Assembly: GCF_009914755.1 (NCBI RefSeq)
Contig: NC_060930.1
From: the human T2T-CHM13v2.0 reference genome, Homo sapiens
Length of the DNA: 64,000 bases
Strand: one strand, 5' to 3'
In this document: piece by piece, positions 58,716 through 64,000 of the stretch
How positions within the stretch are numbered: the stretch's first letter is position 1
Layout of the letters: each line of letters begins with the position of its first letter
Made by a program: the position numbers and the translations under genes
The notes under the pieces: generated by a model
The model's database searches: none
What the model was told of the DNA's origin: nothing
The model's input: only the letters and a program-made list of their open reading frames with translations

Positions 58716-60164
58716 TCAGTCCTGCTGGACCATTTGGGAAACTGGCTCTGGACCCAGTGACCTGTGTCTCTGTAAACAGTCTGCCCTCCAGTGGTCCCCA
58801 TCAGAAATTGGATAGGGTTGAGGTGGCTTCCTTATGTTGCCTGGGCAGTCCTTCCTAAATTGCCCTGGCTTGCCCCATTCGTAGCAGGTAACATGTATAT
58901 CTTGGGGGCTCTGAGGTTTGTGAGCCTGCAAGGCCACTATTAGAGCCTCTACCTTTTTCTTGTATTTATTTTCTCTTTTTTGGACTTCCTCCCAATCCCT
59001 ATTGTGAAAGACCAAGTTGGTCACTTTCAGGAGGTTCTCTAAAGTGCTATCTGGTGTTGTAGCCTGTTTTTGCAGCTTCGTCCTGATATCACAAGCTACC
59101 GAAGTAATAAACTTATCCTTCAGGATCAGTTGTCCCTTCACTGGATCAGGAAATAGAGAGGTGTGCTTTACCAAGGCCACACTTAGCCTTTCTAGGAAGG
59201 CAGTGGGATTCTCATCTAATCCCTTGTCTACCAGGGATGGCTTGTAGTAATTGAGAGGCTTAGTTCTAGTCCTTTGTAAGCCCACTAGTGTGCATGCCTG
59301 AAAGTGTTTCCTTTTCCATTCTCCCATTTCACCACTGGGGCCCCATTTAGGGTCCTCCAATGGTACTGATATTTTTCCATTTGGATAAGGCTCCTCCTCT
59401 TCCCTGGCACTATATGAGATACAAAGCTCATCCCCAAAATTCTCTGCTTCTTGCAGGGTGACCTGCTTTTCCATGGTAGTCAGGGTTTGATTAAAAACTA
59501 ACATAACATCCTCCTAGGAGAGCTCAAATACTTAGGTTAAATTCTGCAAAGCCTCTATATACCGGTCAGGATAGTCTGAAAACTTGCCAAGATTCCCCTT
59601 AATTTGTGTTAAGTCTTGTAGAGAAAAGGAGACTTGGCCCTTAATGGGGCCATATTCACCAGACATCTGTTTTAGGGGAAGGAGTGAGAGGGGGACTCAC
59701 CTAAAATGAGGATTTCTAGGATGGGGAAAGTCCAAGAGAAAACCTGGATAGGGAGGAGGGGATGAAGTTTACTCCCCTGCTGGAGGTACCTTTAGGGTTT
59801 GCTTACCTAGTTTCCTGGGATTGCCCCTTGCAGCATCTCCTGAGATGGCTGCCAGGAGGACTGAATCAATCCTACAATGTTGGCAAAGGTCCAGACTACC
59901 CTGCAAGGCAAAGAAAGCCTGGACATGTGGGACCTCAGACCATTTGCCCTCACATTTAAAGAAAAGATCCAGGGAAAGGAATGTATTGAAATTAATGCTT
60001 CCTTTCTTTGGCCATGCTTCTCCTTCCTGCAGAACATAATTCAGTCACACTTTTGTGCAAAGTAATATGAGGTGCATTTTCTAAAGAGTCCGAGGGTCAA
60101 AGGAGTCTCAGGGATTCAGGATACACTCTAGAGGAGTGTAGGCTGAAGATGATTGGTTACCCAT
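58716..60164 (-). pseudogene. ERV gag remnant (MA start, CA/MHR, degenerate zinc knuckle)
   Basis: MGNQSSSAYTPLECILN; QEAENFGDEL; GLDENPTAFLERL; ILKDKFIT; CYEWGKPGQFRKDCP. Confidence 0.85.
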
Positions 60165-61214
60165 GTAGTAGAGAGGACAGAGGAGGAAAAAGGCATTTGT
60201 TTCTCTTTCCAGACTCTGAGGGTCAAAGAGGTCCCAGTGATTCAGGATGCACTCCAGAAGAATGCAGGCTGAATATAGTTGGTTTCCCATCTGGAAAGAG
60301 GAGAAAAAAGGGCACTCTTTTTCTCTTTCTCTTTCCAGTGAATACCAGGGGTATGTGAAGGAGAGAAAAAAAAGGTGTCTCCTTCTTTCTTCTGATCTTA
60401 TATCTCCAAGTTCTGGTGACATTCGCAGGTGCCGACCATGGGAGCAAGTGTGACCTTCACCCATGAAGCGGGGAGGCATAGCTAGCAGGAATATCCTCAA
60501 TCACCTAGGCAGAGCCTAAGCCTCCTGCTGCTAGAAATTTTTGAGTTCCCTAGACCTTGTCTGTGTCATGGATATGAGCATAACCTCCATTCATGAAGCA
60601 AGAGGGCCTAATTGGCAGAAATCAGTCATGCTAACCTGCATGACTAATTTTGCTTTCCAGGGCTTCAACCCAAAGCTTGGAATTGCCTCCAGAGGGTGTA
60701 TGGACTCAATAGATCCCAGGTGGCCCTCACCAAACTGCTGCCAGCAGCTGGTGGGGCAGCCCCTTCCCTTGCTTTCCTATCATAAGCAGCTGAAACTGTG
60801 GGACCAGGTCCTCCTCAAACAAGGGAGAGAAAGGGAGTCCTGGGCATTGGGTAACTGGCCTAACAAGGTGCCTCCCAAGAGGAAAAATCAATAGAAAATC
60901 TCCCTGTATTCATAGAACTTTGTTGACTGCTGACATGATAGAGGAAAGAGAAGAAAACAACTTAAGTGCAGGGGAGGGGAAGGTGCCTGGAGGAAAAAGC
61001 TTCTTGCCCTTTGCAAATGGGTTCCTTCAACAGGGGAAAGAAAACTCGATTGTTACATCCTCCTTGCTTCTAAGAATAGACAGAAACCATTGATCCAATT
61101 TACACTCTTGATGACCAAGCCAAATGCACACTCTACCCAGTAATATTATCCCTGAGGTTTGCAACGATACCCTTTACATTGTATATAAAGAAGAGACAGT
61201 AGGCTTGACAGCCA

Positions 61215-61336
61215 CAAAAGAAAGAAAAGAAAGAGAGAAAGGAAAAGAAAAGAGAAAAGAAGAAAGAAAAAGAAAAGAAAGAAAGAGAAAGAGAGAAAGG
61301 AGGGAAGGGAGGGAAGGAGGGAGGGAGGGAGGGAAA
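61215..61336. repeat. Purine-only (AAAG)n/(GGGA)n low-complexity tract
   Basis: aaaagaaagaaaagaaagagagaaagg...gggaagggagggaaggagggagggagggagggaaag. Confidence 0.9.
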
Positions 61337-61538
61337 GACTGGAGGTCCTAGTGCTGACACCCTAATAGGCAGTCGGGAATTGAGTTACTCCAGAGCCCTT
61401 TGCATAACACTGAGTTGTATCCTCAGCCAAATACCCTGAGTTGCCCCAGAACCTCCTTCTGATCCCATGCAATGGCTAGACCTCTGTGAAGGGAAACTGA
61501 ATTGGAACAAGGCCAACATTCCCAACACCCAAGGGTGA

Positions 61539-61937
<399 letters not shown>

Positions 61938-62064
61938 TCATGCTAGTTGGTTTTTACTGGCTGACGGAGGCCCAGTATTTTTCTTTCATTTTCGCTTTTG
62001 TGGAGTTTAGACTGCAAAAAGAGGACAGAAAACAGCAAGTCTACTTTTACTCATGCTTCCACAG

Positions 62065-62082
62065 ATCCCAGATGAGCCCCCG
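62065..62082 (-). promoter_or_regulatory. Primer binding site for tRNA-Pro
   Basis: Minus strand CGGGGGCTCATCTGGGAT versus canonical TGGGGGCTCGTCCGGGAT, 4 nt inside the 5' LTR boundary. Confidence 0.85.
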
Positions 62083-62086
62083 AAAA

Positions 62087-63643
62087 TGTCACAGGATCCT
62101 TGGGGTGTTGTTTCACCAGCTGAAAACCTTTGTGCCCAGTGTCACCTTTGCCCAAGTTTTGCTTAGGCCTGCTGGGTTCATTCTACCCACTTGGCCTGGC
62201 AGGCTGTGCTTGGCTCATGCTACTGGCCTGGACTCCATGCCTGCCAAGGGCAAGCCAGGTGCAGAGTGGAGAGGGATGCATGAGCATGCAAGCATGGGGG
62301 TCTTTCCACTGCACAGAGCCAGGCATGCTGGCTGCCACATGGCAGGCAGCTACACACACAAGCATGGACACTGGCTCCCTGCAAGGCTGTGGCTGGACCA
62401 GGTGTGCCATAAGCAGCTTCCACTGGGGGCACCATGGAACTTGGTGGCACCCTGAAGCTTGGAGTTGCCAGGAACCACAGAGCCCCAAAGAAGGTGTCAC
62501 AGCCCTGGCTCAGGGAACTCCTAGGCCTATGCTCCCCGAAGGGCCGTAGCTCTTCTCTCCTTCTGTCATCTCCTTCTCATCACTGCAATGTAGTGAGCAG
62601 GGGTGTGTTTCAGCCCTGTTTATGTTACAGCTTTTTCAGCCCCGCCATTCAGTGGGTCCTGAGTTCTTGTCCCATGTCCAGGAATAATAAGTTAGGCAGG
62701 CAAGTGGAGGGTGAGCAAGGTGAAAATGTGCTTTATTGAGTGACAGAACAGCTCAGCAGAGACCCACAGTGGTTAGCTCCTCTTTGCAGACAGGTCATCC
62801 TGATGAGAGTCCAGCTCACAGCAGAGAGGAGACCTACAGTGGGCAGCTCCTCTCCACAGGCAGGTTGTCCTGACATCTGCCCAAGTCTGGCTGAGTCCAG
62901 GGTTTCTGTGGGCTTCAGGGGGAGAAAGGGCATGCTAATTTGTCCACAGGCAGCCATGTGCAAACCCAGAAAAACACTATAAGTTCTCACTTCGGTCCAC
63001 AGAACTGGCAGCCTGCCCACCTGACTTCAGACCATCCCAGGCCTGAAGAAGGGGCTTTACTGAGGACCAGCCCCTTTCCTCCCAGGAGCCTGTCTGCATC
63101 CTGCTGCCACTAACCTGCCCTTCATGGTTCCCAAGCACCCAGGCTCCCTGTGCTGAGGGGTGCCTACAGGCCCATGATGAGCCACCCTTAGCTCCCCCCT
63201 CAGTCTCCCTCCCATGCTCACTGGCTCCCAATGTCTGGAGGGGGCTGAAGCAGCAGAAGGCTGCCTTGTCAGCACTTCCCCAAACACAAGCACACCAGCT
63301 GGGTTGTGACAGTGCTCAGGCTCGGCCACAACTTTGCTCTGAAATTGGAGGGGGCACCAGGAGCAGGGAGAGGCCAGGCAACTGGAGCAGACTCTTTCAA
63401 GCCTTCAGGAGGACTTCCCAGGACCCCCAGATGCAGAGATACCTGGGTCTGCAGCCATGGCTGGGTGGCTACAGCTACGCCAGGACAGTGGGATCTCTGC
63501 CCCACCAACTTGGAAGGGGATGAGGATCCCTGTCTCTTCCCAGCTCCCACAGGCTCTGTGGAGTGCACAGCCCCAGCCACACTTCCCCCACTACAGCCAG
63601 TGTATTTGCAGTGGCCACTCCAGACTGGCTGCCACTGCTATCA
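62087..63643 (-). mobile_element. MER52 5' LTR
   Basis: tgtcacagg...gccactgctatca; homologous to 50555-52109; adjacent to the PBS. Confidence 0.88.
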
Positions 63644-64000
63644 TCATGACTTGACTTTCAGCTTAATTTTTTTCCTTTTGTGCATAATCAATTGGAGTTC
63701 CAAGTTTTTACTTTCCTTTCACATTTCTACATCCCCCTCTTTCCTTTTTAAAATCTTTCAGAGAAAACATTTTAGAAGAAAATTCATCTCTGGTATTGGG
63801 TTTTGTCTGATCTCTTCAGCTAGGATGGTTATTCCTAGACAGATAGGTCCCATATTGTAAGAAAACCTCATTTTTAGCAGGGTGTGAAGTTTCATATCCC
63901 AGGAAGAAAATATAGAGAGTAAGAAAGAAATAAAATGAGGGGAAAAAGGGGGAAATAATATACAACAACAACAAAAAAGGGGAAACAATCCTAGAAAACT
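63644..64000 (-). mobile_element. MER4 LTR part 2 (63644-63723), PPT and MER4-int 3' end, continuing beyond the window
   Basis: catgacttgactttcagcttaatttttttcc...tttcctttcaca resumes the LTR broken at 50554, followed by a PPT (catccccctcttt on +). Confidence 0.8.

Noticed and set aside
63306-63860. 184-aa ORF spanning the MER52/MER4 junction
   Set aside because: Antisense to LTR sequence, non-ATG start, no domain similarity.

Overview
Human genomic DNA (human-specific AluYa5 and AluYb8 are present), AT-rich and dominated by interspersed repeats. I see no protein-coding exon, RNA gene or CpG island. Every ORF in the track that I can recognise derives from L1, ERV, Alu or DNA-transposon sequence. 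Main blocks: (1) old DNA transposons, LTRs and L1M pieces at 1-17.6 kb; (2) a rearranged, subfamily-mosaic L1PA pair at 17.9-24.5 kb; (3) mostly unique DNA at 24.5-28.7 kb, then HAL1; (4) a MER34-type provirus containing a tail-less L1 fragment at 31.9-36.5 kb; (5) a Tigger1 with both ends at 38.4-48.7 kb, hosting HSMAR1 (with AluYb8), AluYa5 and AluJ (with an L1PA7-like element); (6) a MER4 LTR split by a 13-kb MER52/HUERS-P3-type provirus that carries two Alus and a full THE1 with discordant LTRs, at 50.2-64 kb. I found no convincing new biological system. The most interesting signals are structural: a x4 amplification inside the KRAB-ZFP-targeted L1 5'UTR segment, exact target-site reuse, templated insertions, and chimeric elements. 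Subfamily names come from my recall of consensus sequences and need RepeatMasker/Dfam confirmation.
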